Assembly: GCF_009914755.1 (NCBI RefSeq) | Contig: NC_060933.1 | DNA length: 64,000 bases | Source of the DNA: the human T2T-CHM13v2.0 reference genome, Homo sapiens | Direction: 5' to 3' (one strand) | Shown: one piece after another, positions 1-15,100 of the stretch | How positions within the stretch are numbered: the first letter of the stretch is position 1 | Layout of the letters: each line of letters opens with the position of its first letter | Made by a program: the position numbers and the translations under genes | Notes under the pieces: model-generated | The model's database searches: none | Told to the model about the DNA's origin: nothing | What the model saw: the letters and a program-made list of their open reading frames with translations, nothing else

Positions 1-3000
1 ATTCCATTCCACTCGATTCCATTCCATTCCACTCTGGTTGATTCCATTCCTTTTCATTCCACTCGAAAACATTCCCTTCTATTCCACTCGGAATGATTCC
101 ATTCCATTCCATTCCATTCCATTCCATTTCGTTCCATTACATTCTATTCTGTACCATTCCACTCCATTCCATTCCATTCCATTCCATGCCATTCCTCTCG
201 GGTTGATTCCATTCCTTTCCATTCCATTCGGGTTGAGTCCATTCCATTCCATTCCTTTCCATTCCATTCCATTCCATTGCACTCGGGTTGATTCCATTCC
301 ATTCCATTCCGTTCCATTCCGGATGACTCCATTCCATTGCATTCCATTCCATTCCATTCCCCTGCACTCGGTTTCATTACATTCCATTCCATTCACTTCC
401 ATTCCATTCCATTCCATTCCATTCCATTCCATTCCATTCCATTCCATTCCAATCGAGTTGATTCCATTCCATTCCATTCCATTCCATTCAATTCCGAATG
501 ATGTCATTCCATTGCCTTCCATTCCATTCCATTCCCCTGCACTCGGGTTGATTCCATTCCATTCCATTCCATCCCATTCCATTCCATTCCATTCCATTTC
601 GTTCCATTCCATTCTATTCCGTACCATTCCATTCCATTCCATTCCATTCCATTCCAATCGAGTTGATTCCATTCCATTCCATTCCATTCCATTCAATTCC
701 GAATGATGTCATTCCATTGCCTTCCATTCCATTCCATTCCCCTGCACTCGTGTTGATTCCATTCCATTCCACTCCATACCATTCCATTCCATTCCATTCC
801 ATTCCATTCCATTCCATTCCATTCCATTCCGTTCCATTCCGTTCCATTCCATTCCATTCCATTCTATTCGGGTTAATTCCATTCCATTCCATTCCATTCC
901 ATTCTATTCCATTCCATTGCAATCGAGTTGAATCCATTGCATTTCATGCCATTCCATTCCATTCCATTCCATTCCGGAAGATTCCATTCCATTGCATTCC
1001 ATTCCATTCCATTCCCCTGCACTCGCGTTGATTCCATTCCATTCCATTCCATTCCATTCCATTCCATTCCATTCCATTCCGTTCCATTCCGTTCCGTTCC
1101 ATTCCATTCTATTCCATTCCATTCCATTCCATTCCTTTCCGTTCCATTCCATTCCATTCCATTCCATTCTATTTGGGTTAATTCCATTCCATTCCATTCG
1201 ACTGCAATCGAGTTGATTCCATTCCATTCCATTCCATTCCATTCCATTCCATTCCATTCCTTTCCATTACATTACGGATGATTCCATTCCATTGCATTCC
1301 ATTCCATTCCATTCCCCTGTACTCGGGTTGATTCCATTCCATTCCATTCCAATCCATGCCATTCCACTCGTATTGATTCCATTCTTTCCATTCCATTCAA
1401 GTTGAATCCATTCCATTGCATTCCATTACATTCGATTCCATTCGATTGCACTCGGGTTGATTCCATTCCATTGTATTCCATTCCATTCCATTCCATTCCA
1501 TTCCATTCCATTCCATTCCGTTCCATTCCATTCCATTACATTCGGATTGATTCTATTCAATTCCCTTACACTCCATTACATTCCATTCCATTCGGGTAGT
1601 TTCCATTCCATTCCTCTCCATTCCATTGCACTCGGGTTGATTCCATTCCATTGCATTCCATTCCATACCATTCAATTCCATTCCGTTCCATTCCATTCCA
1701 TTACATTCGGATTGATTCTATTCAACTCCCTTACTCTCCATTACATTCGATTGCATTCGGGTTGTTCAATTCCATTCCATTCCATTCCACTCCATTCCAT
1801 TGCACTCGGGTTGATTCCATTCCATTCCATTCCATTCCGGAAGATTCCATTCCATTGCATTCCCTTACATTCCATTCCCCTGCACTCGCGTTGATTCCAT
1901 TCCATTCCATTCCATTCCATTGCATTCCATTGCATTCCATTCCCCTGCACTCAGGTTGATTCCATTCCATTCCATTCCATTCCATTCCATTCCATTCCAT
2001 TCCATTCTATTCGCGTTAATTCCATTCCACTCCATTCCATTACATTCCATTGCAATCGACTTGATTCCATTCCATTCCATTCCATTCCATTCAAGTCCTT
2101 TCCATTCCATTCCACTCGTGTTGATTCCATTTTATTAGTTTCCATTCCATTCCATTCCCTTCCATTCCACTCTGGTTGATTCCATTCCTTTCCATTCCAC
2201 TCGAATTCATTCCCTTCTATTCCACTCGGAATGATTCCATTCTATTCCGTTCCATTCCATTCCATTTCGTTCCATTCCATTTTATTCCGTACCATTCCAT
2301 TCCATTCCATTCCATTACATTACATTCCATTCCATTCCATTCCATGCCATTGCACTCGGGTTGATTCCATTGCTTTCCATTCCATTTGGGTTGAATCCAT
2401 TCCATTCCATTCCATTCCATTCCATTCCATTCCATTCCATTCAATTGCACTAGGTTTGATTCCATTCCACTGCATTCCATTCCATTCCATTCAATTCCAT
2501 TCCATTCCATTCCATTCCATTCCATTCCATTCCCCTGCACTCGGGTTCATTCCATTCCATTCCATTTACTTCCATTCCATTCCATTCCATTCCATTCCAT
2601 GCCATTCCACTCGCGTTGATTCCATTCCCTTCCATTCCATTAGAGTTGAATCCATTCCATTCCATTCCATTCCATTCCATTCCATTCCATTCCATTGCAC
2701 ACGGGTTCATTCCATTCCATTCCATTCCATTCCCTTACATTCCATTTCGTTACATTCCATTCTATTCCGTACCATTCCATTCCATTCCATTCCATTCCAT
2801 TCCATTCCATTCCATGCCATTCCACTCGGGTATATTCCATTCCTTTTAATTCCATTCGGGTTGAATCCATTCCATTCCATTCCATTCGATTCCATTACAT
2901 TGCACTCGGGTTGATTCCATTCCATTCCATTCCATTACATTTCATTCCATTCCATTCCATTACATTTCATTCCATTCCATTCCATTCCATTTCATTCAAT

Positions 3001-6000
3001 TCCATTCCATTCCATGCCATTCCACTCGTGTTGATTCCATTCCTTTCCATTCCATTACATTTCATTCCATTCCATTCCATTCCATTTCATTCAATTCCAT
3101 TCCATTCCATGCCATTCCACTCGTGTTGATTCCATTCCTTTCCATTCCATTCGAGTTGAACCCATTCCATTCCATTCCATTCCATTCCATTCCATTCCGT
3201 TCCATTCCATTGCACGCGGGTTCATTCCATTCCATTCCGTTCCATTCCATTCCATTCCATTCCAGTCCATTCCATTGCATTCCATTTCGTTCCATTCCAT
3301 TCTATTCCGTACGATTCCATTGCATTCCATTCCATTCCATTCCTTTCCATTCCATTGAATTCGAGTTGATTCCATTCCATTCCGTTCCATTCCATTCCAT
3401 TCCATTCCATTCCGGATGATTCCATTCCACTGCATTCCATTCCATTAAATTCCCCTGCACTTGGAGTGATTCCTTTCCATTCTATTCCATTCCATTCCAT
3501 TCCATTCCATTCCATTCCATTCCATTCCATTCCATTTCATTGCAATCGAGTTGATTCCATTGCATTCCATTCCATTCCATTCCAGTCCTTTCCATTCCAT
3601 TCCACTCGGGTTGATTCCATTCTATTCCTTTCCATTCCATTCGATTCCATTCCATTCCACTCTGGTTGATACCATTCCTTTTCATTCCACTCGAAAACAT
3701 TCCCTTCTATTCCACTCGGAATGATTCCATTCCATTCCATTCCATTCCATTCCATTCCATTCCGTTTCGTTCCATTACATTCTATTCCGTACCATTCCAC
3801 TCCATTCCATTCCATTCCATTCCATGCCATTCCTCTCGGGTTGATTCCATTCCTTTCCATTCCATTCGGGTTGAATCCATTCCATTCCATTCCTTTCCAT
3901 TCCATTCCATTCCATTGCACTCGGGTTGATTCCATTCCATTCCATTCCGTTCCATTCCGGATGACTCCATTCCATTGCATTCCATTCCATTCCATTCCCC
4001 TGCACTCGGTTTCATTACATTCCATTCCATTCACTTCCATTCCATTCCATTCCATTCCATTCCATTCCATTCCATTCCATTTCGTTCCATTCCATTCTAT
4101 TCCGTACCATTCCATTCCATTCCATTCCATTCCATTCCATTCCATTCCATTCCATTTCCTTCCATTCCATTCCATTCCATTCCATTCCATTCCATTCCAT
4201 TCCATTTCCTTCCATTCCATTCCATTCCATTCCATTCCATTCCATTCCATTCATTTCCTTCCATTCCATTCCATTCCATTCCATTCCATTCCATTCCATT
4301 TCCTTCCATTCCATTCCATTCCATTCCATTCCATTCCATTCCATTCTATTAGGGTTAATTCCATTCCATTCCATTCCATTCCACTCCATTCCATGCCATT
4401 CAACGCGGGTTTATTCCATTCCTTTCCATTCCATTCGTGTTGAATCCATTCCATTCCATTCCATTCCATTCGATTCCATTACACTGCACTCGTGTTGATT
4501 CCATTCCATTCCACTCCATACCATTCCATTCCATTCCATTCCATTCCATTCCGTTCCATTCCGTTCCATTCCATTCCATTCCATTCTATTCGGGTTAATT
4601 CCATTCCATTCCATTCCATTCCATTCTATTACATTCCATTGCAATCGAGTTGAATCCATTGCATTTCATGCCATTCCATTCCATTCCATTCCATTCCGGA
4701 AGATTCCATTCCATTGCATTCCATTCCATTCCATTCCCCTGCACTCGCGTTGATTCCATTCCATTCCATTCCATTCCATTCCATTCCATTCCATTCCGTT
4801 CCATTCCGTTCCGTTCCATTCCATTCTATTCCATTCCATTCCATTCCATTCCTTTCCGTTCCATTCCATTCCATTCCATTCCATTCTATTTGGGTTAATT
4901 CCATTCCATTCCATTCGACTGCAATCGAGTTGATTCCATTCCATTCCATTCCATTCCATTCCATTCCATTCCTTTCCATTACATTACGGATGATTCCATT
5001 CCATTGCATTCCATTCCATTCCATTCCCCTGTACTCGGGTTGATTCCATTCCATTCCATTCCAATCCATGCCATTCCACTCGTATTGATTCCATTCTTTC
5101 CTTTCCATTCAAGTTGAATCCATTCCATTGCATTCCATTACATTCGATTCCATTCGATTGCACTCGGGTTGATTCCATTCCATTGTATTCCATTCCATTC
5201 CATTCCATTCCATTCCATTCCATTCCATTCCGTTCCATTCCATTCCATTACATTCGGATTGATTCTATTCAATTCCCTTACACTCCATTACATTCCATTC
5301 CATTCGGGTAGTTTCCATTCCATTCCTCTCCATTCCATTGCACTCGGGTTGATTCCATTCCATTGCATTCCATTCCATACCATTCAATTCCATTCCGTTC
5401 CATTCCATTCCATTACATTCGGATTGATTCTATTCAACTCCCTTACTCTCCATTACATTCGATTGCATTCGGGTTGTTCAATTCCATTCCATTCCATTCC
5501 ACTCCATTCCATTGCACTCGGGTTGATTCCATTCCATTCCATTCCATTCCGGAAGATTCCATTCCATTGCATTCCATTACATTCCATTCCCCTGCACTCG
5601 CGTTGATTCCATTCCATTCCATTCCATTCCATTGCATTCCATTGCATTCCATTCCCCTGCACTCAGGTTGATTCCATTCCATTCCATTCCATTCCATTCC
5701 ATTCCATTCCATTCCATTCCATTCTATTCGCGTTAATTCCATTCCACTCCATTCCATTACATTCCATTGCAATCGACTTGATTCCATTCCATTCCATTCC
5801 ATTCCATTCAAGTCCTTTCCATTCCATTCCACTCGTGTTGATTCCATTTTATTAGTTTCCATTCCATTCCATTCCCTTCCATTCCACTCTGGTTGATTCC
5901 ATTCCTTTCCATTCCACTCGAATTCATTCCCTTCTATTCCACTCGGAATGATTCCATTCTATTCCGTTCCATTCCATTCCATTTCGTTCCATTCCATTTT

Positions 6001-7850
6001 ATTCCGTACCATTCCATTCCATTCCATTCCATTCCATTCCATTCCATTACATTCCATTCCATTCCATTCCATGCCATTCCACTCGGGTTGATTCCATTGC
6101 TTTCCATTCCATTTGGGTTGAATCCATTCCATTCCATTCCATTCCATTCCATTCCATTCCATTCAATTGCACTAGGTTTGATTCCATTCCACTGCATTCC
6201 ATTCCATTCCATTCAATTCCATTCCATTCCATTCCATTCCATTCCATTCCATTCCATTCCATTCCATTCCCCTGCACTCGGGTTCATTCCATTCCATTCC
6301 ATTTACTTCCATTCCATTCCATTCCATTCCATTCCATTCCATGCCATTCCACTCGCGTTGATTCCATTCCCTTCCATTCCATTAGAGTTGAATCCATTCC
6401 ATTCCATTCCATTCCATTCCATTCCATTCCATTGCACACGGGTTCATTCCATTCCATTCCATTCCATTCCCTTACATTCCATTTCGTTACATTCCATTCT
6501 ATTCCGTACCATTCCATTCCATTCCATTCCATTCCATTCCACTCCATTCCATGCCATTCCACTCGGGTATATTCCATTCCTTTTAATTCCATTCGGGTTG
6601 AATCCATTCCATTCCATTCCATTCGATTCCATTACATTGCACTCGGGTTGATTCAATTCCATTCCATTCCATTACATTTCATTCCATTCCATTCCATTCC
6701 ATTTCATTCAATTCCATTCCATTCCATGCCATTCCACTCGTGTTGATTCCATTCCTTTCCATTCCATTACATTTCATTCCGTTCCATTCCATTCCATTTC
6801 ATTCAATTCCATTCCATTCCATGCCATTCCACTCGTGTTGATTCCATTCCTTTCCATTCCATTCGAGTTGAACCCATTGCATTCCATTCCATTCCATTCC
6901 ATTCCATTCCGTTCCATTCCATTGCACGCGGGTTCATTCCATTTCATTCCGTTCCATTCCATTCCATTCCATTCCATTCCATTCCATTCCATTACATTCC
7001 ATTTCGTTCCATTCCATTCTATTCCGTACGATTCCATTGCATTCCATTCCATTCCATTCCTTTCCATTCCATTGAATTCGAGTTGATTCCATTCCATTCC
7101 GTTCCATTCCATTCCATTCCGGATGATTCCATTCCACTGCATTCCATTCCATTAAATTCCCCTGCACTTGGAGTGATTCCTTTCCATTCTATTCCATTCC
7201 ATTCCATTCCATTCCATTCCATTCCATTCCATTCCATTTCATTGCAATCGAGTTGATTCCATTGCATTCCATTCCATTCCATTCCAGTCCTTTCCATTCC
7301 ATTCCACTCGGGTTGATTCCATTCTATTCCTTTCCATTCCATTCGATTCCATTCCATTCCACTCTGGTTGATACCATTCCTTTTCATTCCACTCGAAAAC
7401 ATTCCCTTCTATTCCACTCGGAATGATTCCATTCCATTCCATTCCATTCCATTCCATTCCATTCCATTCCATTCCGTTTCGTTCCATTACATTCTATTCC
7501 GTACCATTCCACTCCATTCCATTCCATTCCATTCCATGCCATTCCTCTCGGGTTGATTCCATTCCTTTCCATTCCATTCGGGTTGAATCCATTCCATTCC
7601 ATTCCTTTCCATTCCATTCCATTCCATTGCACTCGGGTTGATTCCATTCCATTCCATTCCGTTCCATTCCGGATGACTCCATTCCATTGCATTCCATTCC
7701 ATTCCATTCCCCTGCACTCGGTTTCATTACATTCCATTCCATTCACTTCCATTCCATTCCATTCCATTCCATTCCATTCCATTCCATTCCATTTCGTTCC
7801 ATTCCATTCTATTCCGTACCATTCCATTCCATTCCATTCCATTCCATTCC
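1..7850 (+). repeat. Truncated collinear copies of the A unit forming a ~3.6-3.7 kb tandem pair (about 740-4380 and 4380-7850)
   Basis: Landmark TCGAAAACATT at 63, 3691, 7393 (also 13886, 14881); TTGGAGTGATT at 3461, 7148, 13661; GCACTAGGTTTG at 2447, 6169, 12762. Positions 1-650 match ~14820-15450, sharing CTATTCTGTACC and GGGTTGAGTCC. Confidence 0.8.
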
Positions 7851-9199
7851 ATTCCATTCCATGCCATTACACTCGGGTTGATTCCATTGCTTTCCATTCC
7901 ATTTGGGTTGAATCCATTCCCCTGCAGTCGGGTTGTTTCCATTCCATTCCATTCCATTCCATTCCATTCCATTCCGTTCCGTTCCATTCCATTCCATTCC
8001 ATTCTATTCGGGTTAATTCCATTCCATTCCATTCCATTCCATTCCATTCCATTCCATTCCATTCCAATCGAGTTGATTCCATTCCATTCCATTCCATTCC
8101 ATTCCACTCCATTCCAGTCCTTTCCATTCCATTCCACTCGGGTTGATTCCAATGTATTCCTTTCCATTCCATTCCATTCCATTGCAATCGAGTTGATTCC
8201 ATTGCTTTGCATTCCATTCCATTCCATTCCATTCCGGATGATTCCATTCCATTGCATTCCATTCCATTCCATTCCCCTGCACTCGGGTTGATTCCATTCC
8301 ATTCCACTCCATTCCGTTCCATTCCATTCCATTCCGTTGTATTCGGGTTAATTCCATTCCATTCCATTCCATTCCATTCCATTCCATTCCATCACAATCG
8401 AGTTGGCTCCATTCCATTCCATTCCATTCCATTCCATTCCATTCCATTCCATTCCGGATGATTCCATTCCATTACATTGCGTTCCATTACATTCCCCTGC
8501 ACTCGGGTTGATTCCATTCCATTCTATTCCATTCCATTCGATTCCATTCCATTCCAATTCTTTCCATTCCATTCTATTCCGTACCATTCCATTCCATTCC
8601 ATACCATTCCATTCCATTCCATTCCATTCCATTCCGTTCCGTTCCGTTCCGTTCCGTTCCATTCCATTCCATTCCATTTTATTCGGGTTAATTCCATTCC
8701 ATTCCATTCCATTCCATTCTATTCCATTCCATTGCAATCGAGTTGAATCCATTGCATTCCATTCCATTCCATTCCGGAAGATTCCATTCCACTGCATTCC
8801 ATTCCATTCCATTCCCCTGCACTCGCGTTGATTCCATTCCATTCCATTCCATTCCATTCCATTCCATTCTATTCCGTTCCGTTCCATTCCATTCCATTCC
8901 ATTCCTTTCCGTTCCGTTCCATTCCATTCCATTCTATTCGGGTTAATTCCATTCCATTCCATTCGATTGCAATCCAGTTGATTCCATTCCACTCCATTCC
9001 ATTCCATTCCATTCCATTCCATTCCATTGCTTTCCATTCCATTACGGATGATTCCATTCCATTACATTACATTCCATTCCATTCCCCTGTACTCGGGTTG
9101 ATTCCATTCCATTCCATTCCATTCCATTCTATTCCATTCCATTCCATTCCATTCCGGAAGATTCCATTCCATTGCATTCCATTCCATTTCATTCCCCTG

Positions 9200-12100
9200 C
9201 ACTCACGTTGATTCCATTCCATTCCATTCCATTCCATTCAATTCCGAATGATGTCATTCCATTGCCTTCCATTGCATTCCATTCCCCTGCACTCGGGTTG
9301 ATTCCATTCCATTCCATTCCATCCCATTCCATTCCATTCCATTCCATTTCGTTCCATTCCATTCTATTCCGTACCATTCCATTCCATTCCATTCCATTCC
9401 ATTCCATTCCATTCCATTTCCTTCCATTCCATTCCATTCCATTCCATTCCATTCCATTCCATTCCATTCCATTCTATTAGGGTTAATTCCATTCCATTCC
9501 ATTCCATTCCATGCCATTCCACTCGGGTTGATTCCATTCCTTTCCATTCCATTCGAGTTGAATCCATTCCATTCCATTCCATTCCATTCCATTCCATTGC
9601 ACACGGGTTCATTTCATTCCATTCCATTCCATTCCATTTCGTTCCATTCCATTCTATTCCATACCATTCCATTCCATTCCATTCCATTAGACTCCATTCC
9701 ATGCCATTCCACTCGGTTTTATTCCATTCGTTTCCATTCCATTCGGGTTGAATCCATTGCATTCCATTCCATTCGATTCCATTACATTGCACTCGTGTTG
9801 TTTCCATTCCATTCCATTCCATTCCATTCCATTCCATGCCATTCCACTCGGGTTGATTTCATTACATTCCGTTCCATTCGAGTCGAACCCATTCCATTCC
9901 ATTCCATTCCATTCCATTCCATTCCAATCCATTGCACACGTGTTCACTCCATTCCATTCCATTCCATTCCATTCCGTTCCATTTCGTTCCATTCCATTCT
10001 ATTCGGTACCATTACATTCCATTCCATTCGGTACCATTCCATTCCATTCCAATCCATTCCATTCCATGCCATTCCACTTGGGTTGATTCCCTTCCTTTCC
10101 ATTCCATTCGGGTTGAATCCATTCCATTCCATTCCATTCCATTCCATTCCATTCCATTCCATTCCTTTCAATTCCATTGCACACGGGTTGGTTCCATTCC
10201 ATTCCTTTCCGTTCCATTCCGGATGACTCCATTTCATTGCATTCCATTCCATTCCATTCCCCTGCACTCGGGTTCATTACCTTCCATTCCATTTACTTCC
10301 ATTCCATTCCATTCCATTCTATTCTGGTTAATTCCATTCCATTCCATTCCATTCCATTCCATTCCATTCCATTCCATTCCATTCCATTCCATTGCAATCG
10401 AGTTGATTCCATTCCATTCCATTCAATTCCGGATGATTCCATTCCATTGCCTTCAATTCCATTCCATTCCCCTGCACTCGGGTTGATTCCATTCCATTCC
10501 ATTCCATTCCATTCCATTCCATTCCATTCCATTTCATTCCATTCCATTTCGTTCCTTTCCATTCTATTCCGTACCATTCCATTCCATTCCATTCCATTCC
10601 ATTCCATTCCATTCCATGCCATTCCACTCGGGTTGATTCCATTCCTTTCCATTCCATTCGAGTTGAATCCATTCCAATCCATTCCATTCCATTCGATTCC
10701 ATTCCATTGCACACGGGTTCATTCCATTCCATTCCATTCCATTCCATTCCATTCCATTCCATTCCATTCCATTTCGTTCCATTCCATTCTATTCCGTACC
10801 ATTCCATTCCATTCCATTCCATTCCATTCCACTCCACTTCATGCCATTCCACTCGGGATTATTCCATTCCTTTCCATTCCATTCGGGTTGAATCGATTCC
10901 ATTCCATTCCATTCCATTCCATTCCATTACATTGCACTCGGGTTGATTCCATTCCATTCCATTCCATTCCATTCCACTCCATTCCATGCCATTCCACGCG
11001 GGTTTATTCCATTCCTTTCCATTCCATTCGTGTTGAATCCATTCCATTCCATTCCATTCCATTCGATTCCATTACACTGCACTCGTGTTGATTCCATTCC
11101 ATTCCACTCCATACCATTCCATTCCATTCCATTCCATTCCATTCCATTCCATTCCGTTCCATTCCGTTCCATTCCATTCCATTCCATTCTATTCGGGTTA
11201 ATTCCATTCCATTCCATTCCATTCCATTCTATTCCATTCCATTGCAATCGAGTTGAATCCATTGCATTTCATGCCATTCCATTCCATTCCATTCCATTCC
11301 GGAAGATTCCATTCCATTGCATTCCATTCCATTCCATTCCCCTGCACTCGCGTTGATTCCATTCCATTCCATTCCATTCCATTCCATTCCATTCCATTCC
11401 GTTCCATTCCGTTCCGTTCCATTCCATTCTATTCCATTCCATTCCATTCCATTCCTTTCCGTTCCATTCCATTCCATTCCATTCCATTCTATTTGGGTTA
11501 ATTCCATTCCATTCCATTCGACTGCAATCGAGTTGATTCCATTCCATTCCATTCCATTCCATTCCATTCCATTCCTTTCCATTACATTACGGATGATTCC
11601 ATTCCATTGCATTCCATTCCATTCCATTCCCCTGTACTCGGGTTGATTCCATTCCATTCCATTCCAATCCATGCCATTCCACTCGTATTGATTCCATTCT
11701 TTCCATTCCATTCAAGTTGAATCCATTCCATTGCATTCCATTACATTCGATTCCATTCGATTGCACTCGGGTTGATTCCATTCCATTGCATTCCATTCCA
11801 TTCCATTCCATTCCATTCCTTTCCGTTCCATTCCATTTCATTACATTCAGATTGATTCTATTCAATTCCCTTACACTCCATTACATTCCATTCCATTCGG
11901 GTAGTTTCCATTCCATTCCTCTCCATTCCATTGCACTCGGGTTGATTCCATTCCATTGCATTCCATTCCATACCATTCAATTCCATTCCGTTCCATTCCA
12001 TTCCATTACATTCGGATTGATTCTATTCAACTCCCTTACTCTCCATTACATTCGATTGCATTCGGGTTGTTCAATTCCATTCCATTCCATTCCACTCCAT

Positions 12101-15100
12101 TCCATTGCACTCGGGTTGATTCCATTCCATTCCATTCCATTCCGGAAGATTCCATTCCATTGCATTCCATTACATTCCATTCCCCTGCACTCGCGTTGAT
12201 TCCATTCCATTCCATTCCATTCCATTGCATTCCATTGCATTCTATTCCCCTGCACTCAGGTTGATTCCATTCCATTCCATTCCATTCCATTCCATTCCAT
12301 TCCATTCCATTCCATTCCATTCCATTCTATTCGCGTTAATTCCATTCCACTCCATTCCATTACATTCCATTGCAATCGACTTGATTCCATTCCATTCCAT
12401 TCCATTCCATTCAAGTCCTTTCCATTCCATTCCACTCGTGTTGATTCCATTTTATTAGTTTCCATTCCATTCCATTCCCTTCCATTCCACTCTGGTTGAT
12501 TCCATTCCTTTCCATTCCACTCGAATTCATTCCCTTCTATTCCACTCGGAATGATTCCATTCTATTCCGTTCCATTCCATTCCATTTCGTTCCATTCCAT
12601 TTTATTCCGTACCATTCCATTCCATTCCATTCCATTCCATTCCATTACATTCCATTCCATTCCATTCCATGCCATTCCACTCGGGTTGATTCCATTGCTT
12701 TCCATTCCATTTGGGTTGAATCCATTCCATTCCATTCCATTCCATTCCATTCCATTCAATTGCACTAGGTTTGATTCCATTCCACTGCATTCCATACCAT
12801 TCCATTCAATTCCATTCCATTCCATTCCATTCCATTCCATTCCATTCCATTCCCCTGCACTCGGGTTCATTCCATTCCATTCCATTTACTTCCATTCCAT
12901 TCCATTCCATTCCATTCCATGCCATTCCACTCGCGTTGATTCCATTCCCTTCCATTCCATTAGAGTTGAATCCATTCCATTCCATTCCATTCCATTCCAT
13001 TCCATTCCATTGCACACGGGTTCATTCCATTCCACTCCATTCCATTCCCTTACATTCCATTTCGTTACATTCCATTCTATTCCGTACCATTCCATTCCAT
13101 TCCATTCCATTCCATTCCACTCCATTCCATGCCATTCCACTCGGGTATATTCCATTCCTTTTAATTCCATTCTGGTTGAATCCATTCCATTCCATTCCAT
13201 TCGATTCCATTACATTGCACTCGGGTTGATTCCAATCCATTCCATTCCATTACATTTCATTCCATTCCATTCCATTCCATTTCATTCAATTCCATTCCAT
13301 TCCATGCCATTCCACTCGTGTTGATTCCATTCCTTTCCATTCCATTCGAGTTGAACCCATTCCATTCCATTCCATTCCATTCCATTCCATTCCGTTCCAT
13401 TCCATTGCACGCGGGTTCATTCCATTCCATTCCGTTCCATTCCATTCCATTCCATTCCAGTCCATTCCATTACATTCCATTTCGTTCCATTCCATTCTAT
13501 TCCGTACGATTCCATTGCATTCCATTCCATTCCATTCCTTTCCATTCCATTGAATTCGAGTTGATTCCATTCCATTCCGTTCCATTCCATTCCATTCCAT
13601 TCCATTCCATTCCGGATGATTCCATTCCACTGCATTCCATTCCATTAAATTCCCCTGCACTTGGAGTGATTCCTTTCCATTCTATTCCATTCCATTCCAT
13701 TCCATTCCATTCCATTCCATTCCATTCCATTTCATTGCAATCGAGTTGATTCCATTGCATTCCATTCCATTCCATTCCAGTCCTTTCCATTCCATTCCAC
13801 TCGGGTTGATTCCATTCTATTCCTTTCCATTCCATTCGATTCCATTCCATTCCACTCTGGTTGATACCATTCCTTTTCATTCCACTCGAAAACATTCCCT
13901 TCTATTCCACTCGGAATGATTCCATTCCATTCCATTCCATTCCATTCCATTCCATTCCGTTTCGTTCCATTACATTCTATTCCGTACCATTCCACTCCAT
14001 TCCATTCCATTCCATTCCATGCCATTCCTCTCGGGTTGATTCCATTCCTTTCCATTCCATTCGGGTTGAATCCATTCCATTCCATTCCTTTCCATTCCAT
14101 TCCATTCCATTGCACTCGGGTTGATTCCATTCCATTCCATTCCGTTCCATTCCGGATGACTCCATTCCATTGCATTCCATTCCATTCCATTCCCCTGCAC
14201 TCGGTTTCATTACATTCCATTCCATTCACTTCCATTCCATTCCATTCCATTCCATTCCATTCCATTCCATTCCATTTCGTTCCATTCCATTCTATTCCGT
14301 ACCATTCCATTCCATTCCATTCCATTCCATTCCATTCCATTCCATTCCATTTCCTTCCATTCCATTCCATTCCATTCCATTCCATTCCATTCCATTCCAT
14401 TCCATTCCATTCCATTTCCTTCCATTCCATTCCATTCCATTCCATTCCATTCCATTCCATTCCATTTCCTTCCATTCCATTCCATTCCATTCCATTCCAT
14501 TCCATTCTATTAGGGTTAATTCCATTCCATTCCATTCCATTCCATTCCGTTCCATGCCATTCCACTCGGGTTGATTCCATTCCTTTCCATTCCATTCGAG
14601 TTGAATCCATTCCATTCCATTCTATTCCATTCCATTCCTTTCCATTCCATTCAATTCCATTCTATTCCGGTTAATTCCATTCCATTCCATTCCATTCCAT
14701 TCCATTTCATTGCAATCGAGTTGATTCCATTGCATTCCATTCCATTCCATTCCAGTCCTTTCCATTCCATTCCACTCGGGTTGATTCCATTCTATTCCTT
14801 TCCATTCCATTCGATTGCATTCCATTCCACTCGATTCCATTCCATTCCACTCTGGTTGATTCCATTCCTTTTCATTCCACTCGAAAACATTCCCTTCTAT
14901 TCCACTCGGAATGATTCCATTCCATTCCATTCCATTCCATTCCATTTCGTTCCATTACATTCTATTCTGTACCATTCCACTCCATTCCATTCCATTCCAT
15001 TCCATGCCATTCCTCTCGGGTTGATTCCATTCCTTTCCATTCCATTCGGGTTGAGTCCATTCCATTCCATTCCTTTCCATTCCATTCCATTCCATTGCAC

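Noticed and set aside
972-984. ETS (CCGGAAG) or STAT (TTC-N3-GAA) reading of TTCCGGAAGA
   Set aside because: The ETS core is present but lacks the preferred 3' T, and the TTC-GAA spacing is 2 rather than 3. The heat shock element match is exact, so it is preferred.
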